A DNA stretch of 50,969 nt from Eubacteriales bacterium (GCA_045536125.1 JAZSMX010000045.1:1-50969), one strand, 5' to 3'. Positions 15,293-25,024 are shown, numbered from the stretch's first letter. Notes: generated by a model from the sequence alone, not told the origin. Numbers and translations are program-made.

Positions 15293-16648
15293 ATGAAATT
15301 GACAGATATTTACAATAGAATGCCCGTGTTTCTTCAAAATTGTTCCACAAGTGCATATGGGTTCCTGAGGGAAAGACGGCGCTTTGGCGGAGAATTCGGT
15401 GCTTTTTATAAAAGCGTGATCAACAGTGAGTTCTTTGATCGTAAACAGATGCTTGAACTCCAAAGAAAGTCTTTAAAAGAACTTTTTATAGCGGCTGCTT
15501 CTTCTAAGTATTATCGGGAATTGTTTTCAAAGATGAATGTTGATCTTGAAAATGATGATCCTTTCGATATACTATCCAGGCTACCTGTGTTGGAAAAAGA
15601 CAAGCTGAGGGGGTACGAGACCGATTTTTATACGGAGTACGCTAACAAAGCTCTTACCTTTCATACCAGCGGATCTACCGGCACTCCGTTGAATATAAAG
15701 ATGTCTCTTTCGGATTTGAGATTTCGTATGGCTCTTTTGGAGCGCCAAAAGAATCGTTACGGCGTTAACCACAAGTCGAAGCATTTAACCTTTGTGGGGA
15801 AGAAGATCACATCGGGAAGAGGTAAAACATTTTGGCGGTATAACCTGTTTGGGAATCAGTTGGTTATGTCTGTTTATGACTTGTCGGAGGCCAATAAGGA
15901 TAAGTATCTCACCAAAATTCAACAGTATTCACCTGAGGTGATTGAGGGATATCCCTCAGCGCTTGAGGTAATAGCGAATTGGTTGTTGAAAAGTGACTAT
16001 AAAATTTTGCCAAAGTGCATTTATGCTACCGCTGAAACTCTTACTAAAGAACAAAGGCTTCTTATAGAGAAGGCTTTTCACTGTCCGGTTGTTAATTATT
16101 ACGGTTCTACAGAAGGCGCTACGATGATAACTCAGTGTGAAGAGGGGCATCTTCATATTGATGATGAGTGTGGAATTATAGAATTTCTGAATGATGATGG
16201 AACACCGGCAAAGAGCGGCGAAGTGGCAAATATGGTCATCACGAGCTTTACAACCAAGGCAATGCCTCTTATTAGGTACAATATTGGAGATTTGGGCGTT
16301 TTTTCAGATGAGAAGTGTTCGTGTGGCCGGAGCACAACGGTCATTACTGAAATTACCGGAAGGATAGACGATATTTTTATAACCCCCGAAAAAGGCTATG
16401 TCGGAAGACTGTCTACAACGCTGAAGCTTCTTCCAAGTACAGTAAGGCGTGCTCAAATTCATCAAAATTCTCCGGTGGATTTTCTTTTGTTGTTGGAAAC
16501 CGATCAAAGCTTAGAAGAGATGCAGTTGAGCGAAGTATACGCCGATCTGTATGATAAACTGGGGAACGTGAACATTGTTACGGAATGTAAAAAAAGTATA
16601 CCTTGCGGCAACAATGGAAAATTCAGAACGCAGATCAAACATTTTTAA
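15293..16648 (+). CDS. Adenylate-forming enzyme of the phenylacetate-CoA ligase / F390 synthetase (CapK-like) family
   Basis: FHTSGSTGTPL (AMP-binding core) and NYYGSTEG are present. The size is about 450 aa, and the gene sits inside the glycan locus. Confidence 0.7.
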   Translation: MKLTDIYNRMPVFLQNCSTSAYGFLRERRRFGGEFGAFYKSVINSEFFDRKQMLELQRKSLKELFIAAASSKYYRELFSKMNVDLENDDPFDILSRLPVLEKDKLRGYETDFYTEYANKALTFHTSGSTGTPLNIKMSLSDLRFRMALLERQKNRYGVNHKSKHLTFVGKKITSGRGKTFWRYNLFGNQLVMSVYDLSEANKDKYLTKIQQYSPEVIEGYPSALEVIANWLLKSDYKILPKCIYATAETLTKEQRLLIEKAFHCPVVNYYGSTEGATMITQCEEGHLHIDDECGIIEFLNDDGTPAKSGEVANMVITSFTTKAMPLIRYNIGDLGVFSDEKCSCGRSTTVITEITGRIDDIFITPEKGYVGRLSTTLKLLPSTVRRAQIHQNSPVDFLLLLETDQSLEEMQLSEVYADLYDKLGNVNIVTECKKSIPCGNNGKFRTQIKHF

Positions 16649-16667
16649 GCGTTTTAAGGGAGGACAA

Positions 16668-17645
16668 ATGAAAATTTCTGTAATAATTCCTGTATATAAT
16701 TTGGGAAAATATATAGAAAAATCATTGAATTCGATTTTGTCTCAGGAATTTGACCAGAGCCTTGAAATAATAGTCGTTGACGACGGATCTACCGATAATA
16801 GCTCTGAAGTTGTTGATAAAATAAGCAAAGCCGATTCCAGAGTCAAATTGTTTCGACAGCAAAATGCGGGTGTATCGGCAGCAAGAAATGCAGGTCTTGA
16901 TCTTGCTACCGGACAGTATGTGCTTTTCGTTGACGGAGACGATATTTTATTTCCGGGGGCACTGCAAAAATTGGCGGATGAACTAGATAATGACAAGGGC
17001 GCGATTTTAGCGTGCGGCTTGCACAATAGAATAACCTCATACGATCAAGAAGCACCGACATTAAAGGGAAGCGTAATACATACTGATTCCAAAGAGATAT
17101 TGCAAAGGCTCCTTGCCGGCGAATATGATGTCAGTGCTTGTGCAAAAATGTTCGTAAAATCTTTGATTCGTGATATTAGGTTTATTCCGGGCAAGAAAAT
17201 AAATGAAGACAAATACTTTTTGTTTGAATACCTGCTTAGAAACAACGGTATCGTTATCGATAATGATACGTACGTTTACGGTTATTATATCAGGAGCGGT
17301 TCTGCAACGACAAGCCGCTTTTCTTCCGGAACTTTGGACATGCTGTTTTTTTCCGAGGCTATTGAAAACGACGTCAAGCAATCGGTTCCCGAAATGTTTA
17401 ATTATGCGAGATACAATAACATAGTAACACATTTGGCAGTGTTGAAAAAAATAGTACGTTCCAATGAATATAAAAATCAGAAAGCTTGCTTTAAGCAATT
17501 GAGAAAAGAAACGCTGGCTTTGCAAAAAGCAAATCAAAAAAATACAGAAAACAAGCATATTTTAGAATTGTCAATGCTCCGGGCAGGGGTCTTGCCATAT
17601 ATTGCTTGTGTGAAACTTTTTGATATTTTAAAGGCCGGTAAATGA
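16668..17645 (+). CDS. Glycosyltransferase family 2
   Basis: MKISVIIPVYN, IVVDDGSTDNS and FVDGDD (DxD) are present. The start is set at the ATG at 16668, which has the RBS AAGGGAGG. Confidence 0.9.
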   Translation: MKISVIIPVYNLGKYIEKSLNSILSQEFDQSLEIIVVDDGSTDNSSEVVDKISKADSRVKLFRQQNAGVSAARNAGLDLATGQYVLFVDGDDILFPGALQKLADELDNDKGAILACGLHNRITSYDQEAPTLKGSVIHTDSKEILQRLLAGEYDVSACAKMFVKSLIRDIRFIPGKKINEDKYFLFEYLLRNNGIVIDNDTYVYGYYIRSGSATTSRFSSGTLDMLFFSEAIENDVKQSVPEMFNYARYNNIVTHLAVLKKIVRSNEYKNQKACFKQLRKETLALQKANQKNTENKHILELSMLRAGVLPYIACVKLFDILKAGK

Positions 17646-17655
17646 ATGAGAGCGC

Positions 17656-18921
17656 ATGGAAATGATAAAAGAAAAAACAAAATTTGAAGGATTTTTAGCT
17701 TTCATACTCGGATTGTCTGTTTGTGAAGGAATCAGTGTTCTGATTTCGTTCGGAAGCACTATGCTCACGGTATCTGAAGTGATTTCTCCACTGATTATGG
17801 TTTTACTGATGATAACGAGGGAAAACAGATTTTTCGATTTTTTTAGAAATATTCCTCTTGGCTTTAAACTGTTTTTTGCTGTAATTGCTTTTTCGATATT
17901 GCCCGGAATGCTGTTTTTTGGATGGGGGGCTATTTATCGATATGCTGTAGGCATGATTTATTTTATAATCGTGTTAAGCATGGCAATAAACGTATATGCT
18001 TTAAGAAACAGCAGAGACTCTCTTTTTCTTGGTATAGCAGTCGGCCTGACATTGAATTTGATTTTTTCTCTGATTTGTTATATTTCATTCAATGTGGGTA
18101 CAGTTATTTCTCTTGAGGGAGTATTTCCGAGAGATCATTTCTTCACACCGACACTTGCATTTAGAGCGCAAGGCTTTTTCCTTGAACCGTCACACCTTCT
18201 TCGTTTTATAGCATCTGTAATTTTAATAGTAATGGTAAATGTAAATGTAAAAAGTCTGCTGTTTAAATACCTTTGGGTGATACTGGCGTTTTTTGTTGTT
18301 CTTTATTCCACTTCCGGCAGTGTTGTTATATTGTTGCTCGGTTTACTGATGTATTGGATGATCCATAAAAAGGAGAGAAAAAAGGCAATCACAATAACGT
18401 CACTGATCGTGTTTTTGTTTGTGATCGTTTTGGGTGCTTTTCTCTTATTCACCCCCGGCGTATTATCCGATATATGGTCGAATTTTTCAAAAATTTTATT
18501 GGGTGCGGATATTACGGACGAAGGAAATGCGGCTCGCTTTGAGAGTATGAAAACCGTTTTAGAGCACATGGATATAGCTGCTATTGGATGTGGATGGAAT
18601 TTGATCGGAACATACTTTGAAACTCAAAATCTGGGAATTGTATCGGCGTTCTCGTTCATTCTTCAAATGACCGTGGAGCTGGGCTTTTTGGGAGCACTGA
18701 TGTATTGTCTTGCTTTGTTTACAACATCTTACAAGCTCATAAAGCAAAAAAATGACAAGGCGATAGCTTTGGGGATTACCTTGATTATTATATTTGCATT
18801 GCAGGTGGGAACTGATTATTCATTCAATACATGCACAATGGCAGTGTTTGGCTTGGTCGTGTGTGAATTGGAAGAGATCAGAAATAAGAATCGGATTTAT
18901 ACAAATAAGGTGGGGGAATGA
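17656..18921 (+). CDS. wzy: Wzy-type repeat-unit polymerase / O-antigen ligase-like polytopic membrane protein
   Basis: The protein is about 420 aa and very hydrophobic, with many predicted TM segments. It lies between GT genes in a locus that also encodes Wzx. I recognised no catalytic motif by eye. Confidence 0.6.
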   Translation: MEMIKEKTKFEGFLAFILGLSVCEGISVLISFGSTMLTVSEVISPLIMVLLMITRENRFFDFFRNIPLGFKLFFAVIAFSILPGMLFFGWGAIYRYAVGMIYFIIVLSMAINVYALRNSRDSLFLGIAVGLTLNLIFSLICYISFNVGTVISLEGVFPRDHFFTPTLAFRAQGFFLEPSHLLRFIASVILIVMVNVNVKSLLFKYLWVILAFFVVLYSTSGSVVILLLGLLMYWMIHKKERKKAITITSLIVFLFVIVLGAFLLFTPGVLSDIWSNFSKILLGADITDEGNAARFESMKTVLEHMDIAAIGCGWNLIGTYFETQNLGIVSAFSFILQMTVELGFLGALMYCLALFTTSYKLIKQKNDKAIALGITLIIIFALQVGTDYSFNTCTMAVFGLVVCELEEIRNKNRIYTNKVGE

Positions 18922-18922
18922 A

Positions 18923-20086
18923 ATGGATGTAGGAATTGTAACGTCGCACACGTCATTTAAGAATAATTATGGTGCTGTACTGCAGGCGTATGCAATGTGT
19001 GAGCAGTTAAAACGTTGGGGAATAGCTCCGCACGTTATAAACTATACGTATAGTAATTCAAATGCAATTGTTGATATAACCAATTCTAACAGCCGGTCTT
19101 TTCTTTCGAGAATCAAATATATTTTCTCGTCAGATGTTCGGATCGTGTCGAAATTGCAGTATCGTTTCAATCGAAAGAAAAGAAAGGCTTTAGAAAAAAG
19201 ATTTATTGATTTTTATAAAGCACGTATTCCGTTGACATCGACGATAGGCGCGTCTTATGAGGAGATCAAAGAAAACGGCTTTGGTTATGACGGATATATC
19301 ACCGGAAGTGACCAGGTTTGGAATCCTTTGATTCATGGGAACAAAAACGATCCTTGTTGTTTCTTGCAATTTGCGGAACCCGGGAAAAAACGCATTTCCT
19401 ATGCGCCTAGTTTTGGTATATCAACTCTTCCGGATTTTTGCAAGGAAAGTCTTGTGACTTACATAAACACCTTTGACTCTGTTTCTGTACGGGAGCTTTC
19501 GGGACAAAAAATACTTTTGGATGCAGTTGGGAAAGAATTCCCGATCGTTTTGGATCCTACGTTGATGGCGGATACGGAGGTTTACGATGCAATCTCCCAA
19601 AAGGTTAATGGATTACCGAAACGCTATATATTGTGTTATAGATTTGGGAAAATGAAGTATTTCGATGATGTCTTAAAAAGGATTTCCAAGAAGCTTCGTC
19701 TTCCCGTCGTAGAGCTGCCGCTTTCCATCGAATCTTACGGGAAGGGAACCAAAAAAGAGTATTCTGTCGGTCCTGCAGAGTTTATAGGCGCAATAAAAGG
19801 AGCGGATTTGATTTTAACGGATTCATTCCATTGCACCGTTTTTTCTGTTTTGAATCACAAACCCTTTTACGCCTTTTTACGGCAAGAGAAGGGAGATAAA
19901 AACAATATGAACGGACGAATAGAGGATTTGCTTCGATTGGTGAATTTGGAGGACCGATTGCTTCTTTCGTTTGACGATTTTAAAGAAGCGGATCTTTCAA
20001 TGCCTATAGATTATGCGTGCGTAGACAGAATTTTAGATGAAAAAAGAAAGATATCACAAGCATTTTTAAAGAATGCTTTGTTATGA
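18923..20086 (+). CDS. Polysaccharide pyruvyl transferase family protein
   Basis: ITGSDQVWNP is the motif typical of this family, and the N-terminus GIVTSHTSFKNNYGAVLQAYA also fits. The start is at the ATG at 18923, which has the RBS AAGGTGGGGG. Confidence 0.75.
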   Translation: MDVGIVTSHTSFKNNYGAVLQAYAMCEQLKRWGIAPHVINYTYSNSNAIVDITNSNSRSFLSRIKYIFSSDVRIVSKLQYRFNRKKRKALEKRFIDFYKARIPLTSTIGASYEEIKENGFGYDGYITGSDQVWNPLIHGNKNDPCCFLQFAEPGKKRISYAPSFGISTLPDFCKESLVTYINTFDSVSVRELSGQKILLDAVGKEFPIVLDPTLMADTEVYDAISQKVNGLPKRYILCYRFGKMKYFDDVLKRISKKLRLPVVELPLSIESYGKGTKKEYSVGPAEFIGAIKGADLILTDSFHCTVFSVLNHKPFYAFLRQEKGDKNNMNGRIEDLLRLVNLEDRLLLSFDDFKEADLSMPIDYACVDRILDEKRKISQAFLKNALL

Positions 20087-20102
20087 CGAACAGGAGCTTC
20101 AC

Positions 20103-21284
20103 ATGACGATTGAAAATTTAAGTGATATTTCCGACTTGTGCACAGGCTGCTTGAGCTGTATAAACGTGTGCCCCAAAAATGCAATTGGCACAGCATACAA
20201 GGATGACGGCTTTCTTTACCCTGTTGTAGATGCATCCGCTTGTATTAATTGCGGACTTTGTGTGAAAGCATGTCCGATCGGTACCCATATAGAAAAAAAC
20301 GAATGCTTGAAAGTGTATTCGTCGGCGGCAAAGGATTCCGAAATAAAAGCGCAGGGATCATCCGGCGGTATTTTTCCGCTTCTTGCAACTGAAGCTATCA
20401 AAAGGGGAGGATCTGTATACGGAGCAGCTTTTTCCCGTGAACGTATGGTTTATCACACTTCGTCAGATAAGGTGGGGCTCCCCCCGTTGTTTCGTTCAAA
20501 ATATATTCAGAGTGATATTGGCTTGTCTTATCGTGATGTTGAACGCGATCTTTTGGCTTTTCGTGAGGTATTGTTTGTTGGAACGCCTTGTCAGGTACGG
20601 GGGCTTAGGTGCTATTTAAAAGCACGGCATGTCAGCGAAGATAAACTGACTACGATGGATTTTATGTGTCATGGAGTTCCGTCCCCAAGATATTTCAATG
20701 AATTCATTGACAGAATAGAAAAAGAGGAAGGTTGTTCCGTACAAGAGGTTACTTTCAGAGAAAAAGATCTGGGATGGAGACAACAGGTAATAAATATTTA
20801 TTTTGAAAACGGTAAAAAAAGACAGCATTTATCAGAAACGTTTTTTTATTACTACTTTTTCCTTAAAAATTATAATTTAAGAGACTCTTGCTATGGGTGT
20901 AAGGAATTTTCAAATCATGTCTCGGATATTACTCTTGCAGACCATTGGGGTGTCGAAAAGCAATTTGATGACGATCGCGGTCTTTCCTTGATGATCGTTC
21001 ATACTCAAAAGGGGCAAGAGCAGCTATCTCGCATTTTGAATGCGTGCGATGTCAGAGAGATAGATGATCAATACAATGAAAATATATATAGCCATCACAG
21101 ATATGATATAAGCCTCAAAAGAAAATGGCTTTCTGCATACGTTGCCCGCGGTGAAGAATATACATCAAAGGTTTTTTATAAAAAAGAAAAAAGAAAGCAC
21201 CGTATTCGCGGTATATATAATCAATTTTTGCATTGCGCAAAAAAAGTCACAAGAGTCGTATTTAAAAGCAAATCAGCTACTTAA
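20103..21284 (+). CDS. FrhB/FdhB-like (coenzyme F420 hydrogenase beta-subunit family) protein with N-terminal 2x[4Fe-4S] ferredoxin domain
   Basis: CTGCLSCINVCP and CINCGLCVKACP are followed by GSSGGIFP and FVGTPCQV segments. The start is at the ATG at 20103, which has the RBS AGGAG. Confidence 0.7.
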   Translation: MTIENLSDISDLCTGCLSCINVCPKNAIGTAYKDDGFLYPVVDASACINCGLCVKACPIGTHIEKNECLKVYSSAAKDSEIKAQGSSGGIFPLLATEAIKRGGSVYGAAFSRERMVYHTSSDKVGLPPLFRSKYIQSDIGLSYRDVERDLLAFREVLFVGTPCQVRGLRCYLKARHVSEDKLTTMDFMCHGVPSPRYFNEFIDRIEKEEGCSVQEVTFREKDLGWRQQVINIYFENGKKRQHLSETFFYYYFFLKNYNLRDSCYGCKEFSNHVSDITLADHWGVEKQFDDDRGLSLMIVHTQKGQEQLSRILNACDVREIDDQYNENIYSHHRYDISLKRKWLSAYVARGEEYTSKVFYKKEKRKHRIRGIYNQFLHCAKKVTRVVFKSKSAT

Positions 21285-21295
21285 GGGGGGAGGAT

Positions 21296-22717
21296 ATGGC
21301 GCAGGATAGTTCAGCAAAGAGATTTATTAAAAACACGTTGATCTTTTTTGTAGGTACGGTTTTGTCTAAAATTGTATCTTTCTTGTTAATGCCCCTATAT
21401 ACAACAAAGATTCCACCTGCACAAATGGGTGTTTTTGATACGTCGGTTACGCTTGGAACGATGGTGTTTTCTGTTTGCTATTTTGAAATTTGGTCAACTA
21501 TTTTGAGGTTTTTATACAGCAAAGAAAACGCCAATAATAAAAATGGGGTCGTTCGTATTGGTTGGCAGATGTTTTTCATGTCTACCATCATATTTACCAT
21601 TATTTGTTCAATAGTCTGCCAAATTATGGACTATGACTATACCTATCTTGTTGTGGCATACGGTATTGCAAGCGCTTTGTCCAATCAAATGGCGTTTTTG
21701 GCACGAGGGGTAGGATTAAATACGGCTTTTTCTATTTCGGGTATTATAAACACAACGGTGCATTTGCTGTTTAACATTTTGTTGTTGACGGTATTTAATG
21801 CGGATTATTCTGCTCTCTATATAAGCTTTATTTTCGGCGTTTTGGCACAGGTGCTGTTTTTGTATATCAGCATTAAAAAATCAAGAGCAATTGCTACAAA
21901 AGAAAAACTTCCCAACAAGTTGTTGAGGAGGCAAATGTTCAAGTATTCATTGCCGCTATGCTTCAACACTGTTTCCTATTGGCTTTTAACAAGCTTTAAC
22001 CGAATTGTTTATAACCGTGTATATGGAAACGATGCGAGCGGTGTTTTTTCGATTGGCGGTCGATTTGGAAGTCTGATAGCTCTTGCCACCACTTGCTTTA
22101 CATACGCTTGGCAGGATTTGGCTTTTTCAAAGGCAGAGGATGCTACCGAAAAAAAATCAGAATTATATACGGTGGCGTGTGATAAATATCAAAAGTTTTT
22201 GGTTGCTGCCGCGGTATTGCTTTTGCCCATGATAAACTTGATTTTTCCAATCCTTGTAAAGGGCGAATATACTCAGGGATTGCTGCTTGTCCCAACCTTT
22301 GTTGTAATGGCTATTATCAGTGCGTACAGTGCATTTGTCGGAAACGTTTTTTACGCCATAAAGGAAACAAAATCCATAACGACGAGCACAGTGCTTTCTG
22401 CAGCGTTTAATTTGATGATTTGTTATCCTATGATAAAATTTATGGGTGGAGCAGGCGCAAATCTCGCAACGATTATGGCGTTTGTTGTCAGTATTGCTTA
22501 CAGAGCTGTAATTTTGAAAAAAAAGATAAATTTCAGTATCCGCATTCGCAGTATACTTTTGAGCGTACTTTGGTTAAGTGCAACTATTTTCGTCTATTAT
22601 TTGGGAAACAGTTTACTTCAAGGAGGCGCATTCGTTATAAACATGATTCTTGCAGTATTAATGTTCAGAAATGATATAATTAAAATGTTAAAGCCAAGGA
22701 GAAGTCATGGTGCATGA
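21296..22717 (+). CDS. wzx: Wzx-type oligosaccharide flippase (MOP superfamily)
   Basis: The protein is 473 aa and polytopic. Its N-terminus KRFIKNTLIFFVGTVLSKIVSFLLMPLYT is typical of polysaccharide biosynthesis (flippase) proteins. Confidence 0.8.
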   Translation: MAQDSSAKRFIKNTLIFFVGTVLSKIVSFLLMPLYTTKIPPAQMGVFDTSVTLGTMVFSVCYFEIWSTILRFLYSKENANNKNGVVRIGWQMFFMSTIIFTIICSIVCQIMDYDYTYLVVAYGIASALSNQMAFLARGVGLNTAFSISGIINTTVHLLFNILLLTVFNADYSALYISFIFGVLAQVLFLYISIKKSRAIATKEKLPNKLLRRQMFKYSLPLCFNTVSYWLLTSFNRIVYNRVYGNDASGVFSIGGRFGSLIALATTCFTYAWQDLAFSKAEDATEKKSELYTVACDKYQKFLVAAAVLLLPMINLIFPILVKGEYTQGLLLVPTFVVMAIISAYSAFVGNVFYAIKETKSITTSTVLSAAFNLMICYPMIKFMGGAGANLATIMAFVVSIAYRAVILKKKINFSIRIRSILLSVLWLSATIFVYYLGNSLLQGGAFVINMILAVLMFRNDIIKMLKPRRSHGA

Positions 22718-23943
22718 AACACTTTTTGTTTTTATTAGACGAGTTACCGCCAACACAATCTGCTAACGGAATATGCGTAGACAAGATTATTGACGAGCTG
22801 CTCTCCTCGGGATATAAGGTCAGCTGTGTTTGTTGGGGTGAACAAAAAAAAGAGGGCGTTCATATTCATAAAATAAAACGCAAGCCTTTTGATTGCGCGG
22901 TACAAAAATTAAAAAAGAACAAAAGCTTTTTTAATAAATTTCTCCTTTTACTATTGAGAATTCTGAACAGAGTATACCACGTATTCGTTTTGCCATGGTG
23001 GCCGTCTGAATCTTTTGTTACTGTAAGAAATTTATATAAAAAGGCCGCAGAAGCGATAGAAAAAGATGGCGTTACCGATGTCGTAGCCGTAAGCTATCCC
23101 GGAGAAACCTTGAGCGCGATGAAAAAAATCAAGCGGAAATACAAAAATCACGTAAAAACGGTAATGTATCCGCTGGACGTTACCCTTTTTGGAACGCATC
23201 ATGGAACGTCTTTGGAAAAAGCAATTTCCAAGCCTCTGAACAGACGTTTTATGATAAATTGTGCCCGCTTTGCCGATAAAATTTTAGTGCTTGAAAATGC
23301 TTATGAATCCTTTAAAAAGGTTTTTCCGAACGCTTTACAAGAACGTTTTTTTACGGTCGGAATACCTCTGTATATTCCTAAAGAAAAAAGAACTGTTTTA
23401 AATGACAGCAGGGATATTCATGTGGCGTTTGCCGGAAATCTAATAGCAAATGTCAGAGATCCATCATTGCTTTTTGAACTATTAGACAAGATTGCACTTC
23501 GTATAGGATGTAAGATATATTTTGATTTTTATGGGAAATGCGATCAGCATATCGAAAAATTGATTTACACAAAGGAACATAATTTTGTTTTTGTTGATCA
23601 TGGATGGGTGACGGAGCAGGAGCTATATGACAAGCTTTACAATGCAGACATTTTAGCGAACATTGGGAACAATTCAACCTTGATCCCAAGCAAGCTGTTT
23701 GTTTATTTGTCGTATGGAAAGCCGATTCTTCACCAGTGCATAATCGAAGAGGATGCTTGCCTGTATTACTTGAAGCAATATAAAAATGCTTGTATTGTAA
23801 AAGAAGGGGATGGCTGCGACGATAGCACTCTATTGCGCGTCGAGGACTTTATAAAAAATTCGCCCTCGTATTTTGTTGATACCGAAGTTTTATTTGAAAG
23901 TTGTACTCCGAAATTTACGTCAACCATATTAACAGACAATTAA
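22714..23943 (+). CDS. Divergent GT-B-like glycosyltransferase (tentative)
   Basis: The C-terminal part LIPSKLFVYLSYGKPILH resembles the GT1/GT4 P-x-K-x-x-E-Y-x-x-x-G-x-P block, but carries Val where Glu is expected. The ATGA overlap links it to wzx. Confidence 0.4.
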   Translation: MKHFLFLLDELPPTQSANGICVDKIIDELLSSGYKVSCVCWGEQKKEGVHIHKIKRKPFDCAVQKLKKNKSFFNKFLLLLLRILNRVYHVFVLPWWPSESFVTVRNLYKKAAEAIEKDGVTDVVAVSYPGETLSAMKKIKRKYKNHVKTVMYPLDVTLFGTHHGTSLEKAISKPLNRRFMINCARFADKILVLENAYESFKKVFPNALQERFFTVGIPLYIPKEKRTVLNDSRDIHVAFAGNLIANVRDPSLLFELLDKIALRIGCKIYFDFYGKCDQHIEKLIYTKEHNFVFVDHGWVTEQELYDKLYNADILANIGNNSTLIPSKLFVYLSYGKPILHQCIIEEDACLYYLKQYKNACIVKEGDGCDDSTLLRVEDFIKNSPSYFVDTEVLFESCTPKFTSTILTDN

Positions 23944-23971
23944 TAAAACAGTGATACGATAGGAGATTGAT

Positions 23972-25024
23972 ATGTCGCTTTTTAAGAATAAAACATTAAT
24001 GATCACCGGAGGAACCGGCTCCTTCGGAAATGCGGTACTTAACCGTTTTCTGCGTACTGACATTGGGGAAATCCGTATCTTCTCCCGTGATGAGAAAAAG
24101 CAGGATGATATGCGCCACGAATTCCAGGCAAAGATGCCCGAGGTTGCCGAGAAGATCAAGTTTTACATCGGTGACGTACGCGATCTTGCGTCCGTGAAAA
24201 ACGCGATGTACGGCGTGGATTATATCTTTCATGCGGCGGCACTCAAGCAGGTTCCGTCCTGTGAATTCTTCCCGATTGAGGCAGTCAAGACCAACGTTCT
24301 CGGTACTGAAAACGTATTGACTGCGGCAATTGAGGCGGGCGTGAAAAACGTAGTCTGCCTTTCCACCGACAAGGCGGCATACCCTGTCAATGCGATGGGA
24401 ACCTCCAAGGCAATGATGGAAAAGGTCATTGTGGCGAAGTCAAGAACGGTCAGCCCCGATAAGACGAAGATCTGCTGTACCCGTTATGGCAACGTGATGT
24501 GCTCTCGCGGATCGGTCATTCCGCTTTGGATTGACCAGATCAAGGTAGGAAATCCGATTACCATTACCGATCCTACGATGACGCGCTTTATCATGTCTCT
24601 TGATGAAGCGGTGGATCTGGTGCTCTTTGCGTTTGAGCACGGCGAGAGCGGCGATATCCTTGTCCAAAAGGCGCCCGCTTGTACCATTGGAACACAGGCA
24701 GAGGCGGTTTGCGAGCTCTTTGGCGGAGACAAGAGCAATATCAAGGTCATCGGCATTCGCCACGGGGAGAAGATGTACGAAACGCTTCTGACCAACGAGG
24801 AGTGTGCAAATGCGATCGATATGGGCAACTTCTACCGTGTGCCCTGCGACAAGCGCGGACTGAACTACGATAAGTATTTCAACAAGGGCGATGCCGAGCG
24901 CAACCCCTTGACCGAGTTCAATTCCTCCAATACGCAGCTGTTGAACGTGGAGGAGACCAAGGCAAAGATTGCTTCTCTTGCCTATATTCAGGAAGAGATC
25001 GCAAAGATGGGTGAAGGAACATGA
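23972..25024 (+). CDS. fnlA: UDP-GlcNAc 4,6-dehydratase/5-epimerase (FnlA/CapE/WbjB type)
   Basis: LMITGGTGSFGNAVLNRFL and IRIFSRDEKKQDDMR closely resemble CapE/FnlA N-termini. The gene is first in a three-gene fnlABC-like set. Confidence 0.85.
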   Translation: MSLFKNKTLMITGGTGSFGNAVLNRFLRTDIGEIRIFSRDEKKQDDMRHEFQAKMPEVAEKIKFYIGDVRDLASVKNAMYGVDYIFHAAALKQVPSCEFFPIEAVKTNVLGTENVLTAAIEAGVKNVVCLSTDKAAYPVNAMGTSKAMMEKVIVAKSRTVSPDKTKICCTRYGNVMCSRGSVIPLWIDQIKVGNPITITDPTMTRFIMSLDEAVDLVLFAFEHGESGDILVQKAPACTIGTQAEAVCELFGGDKSNIKVIGIRHGEKMYETLLTNEECANAIDMGNFYRVPCDKRGLNYDKYFNKGDAERNPLTEFNSSNTQLLNVEETKAKIASLAYIQEEIAKMGEGT

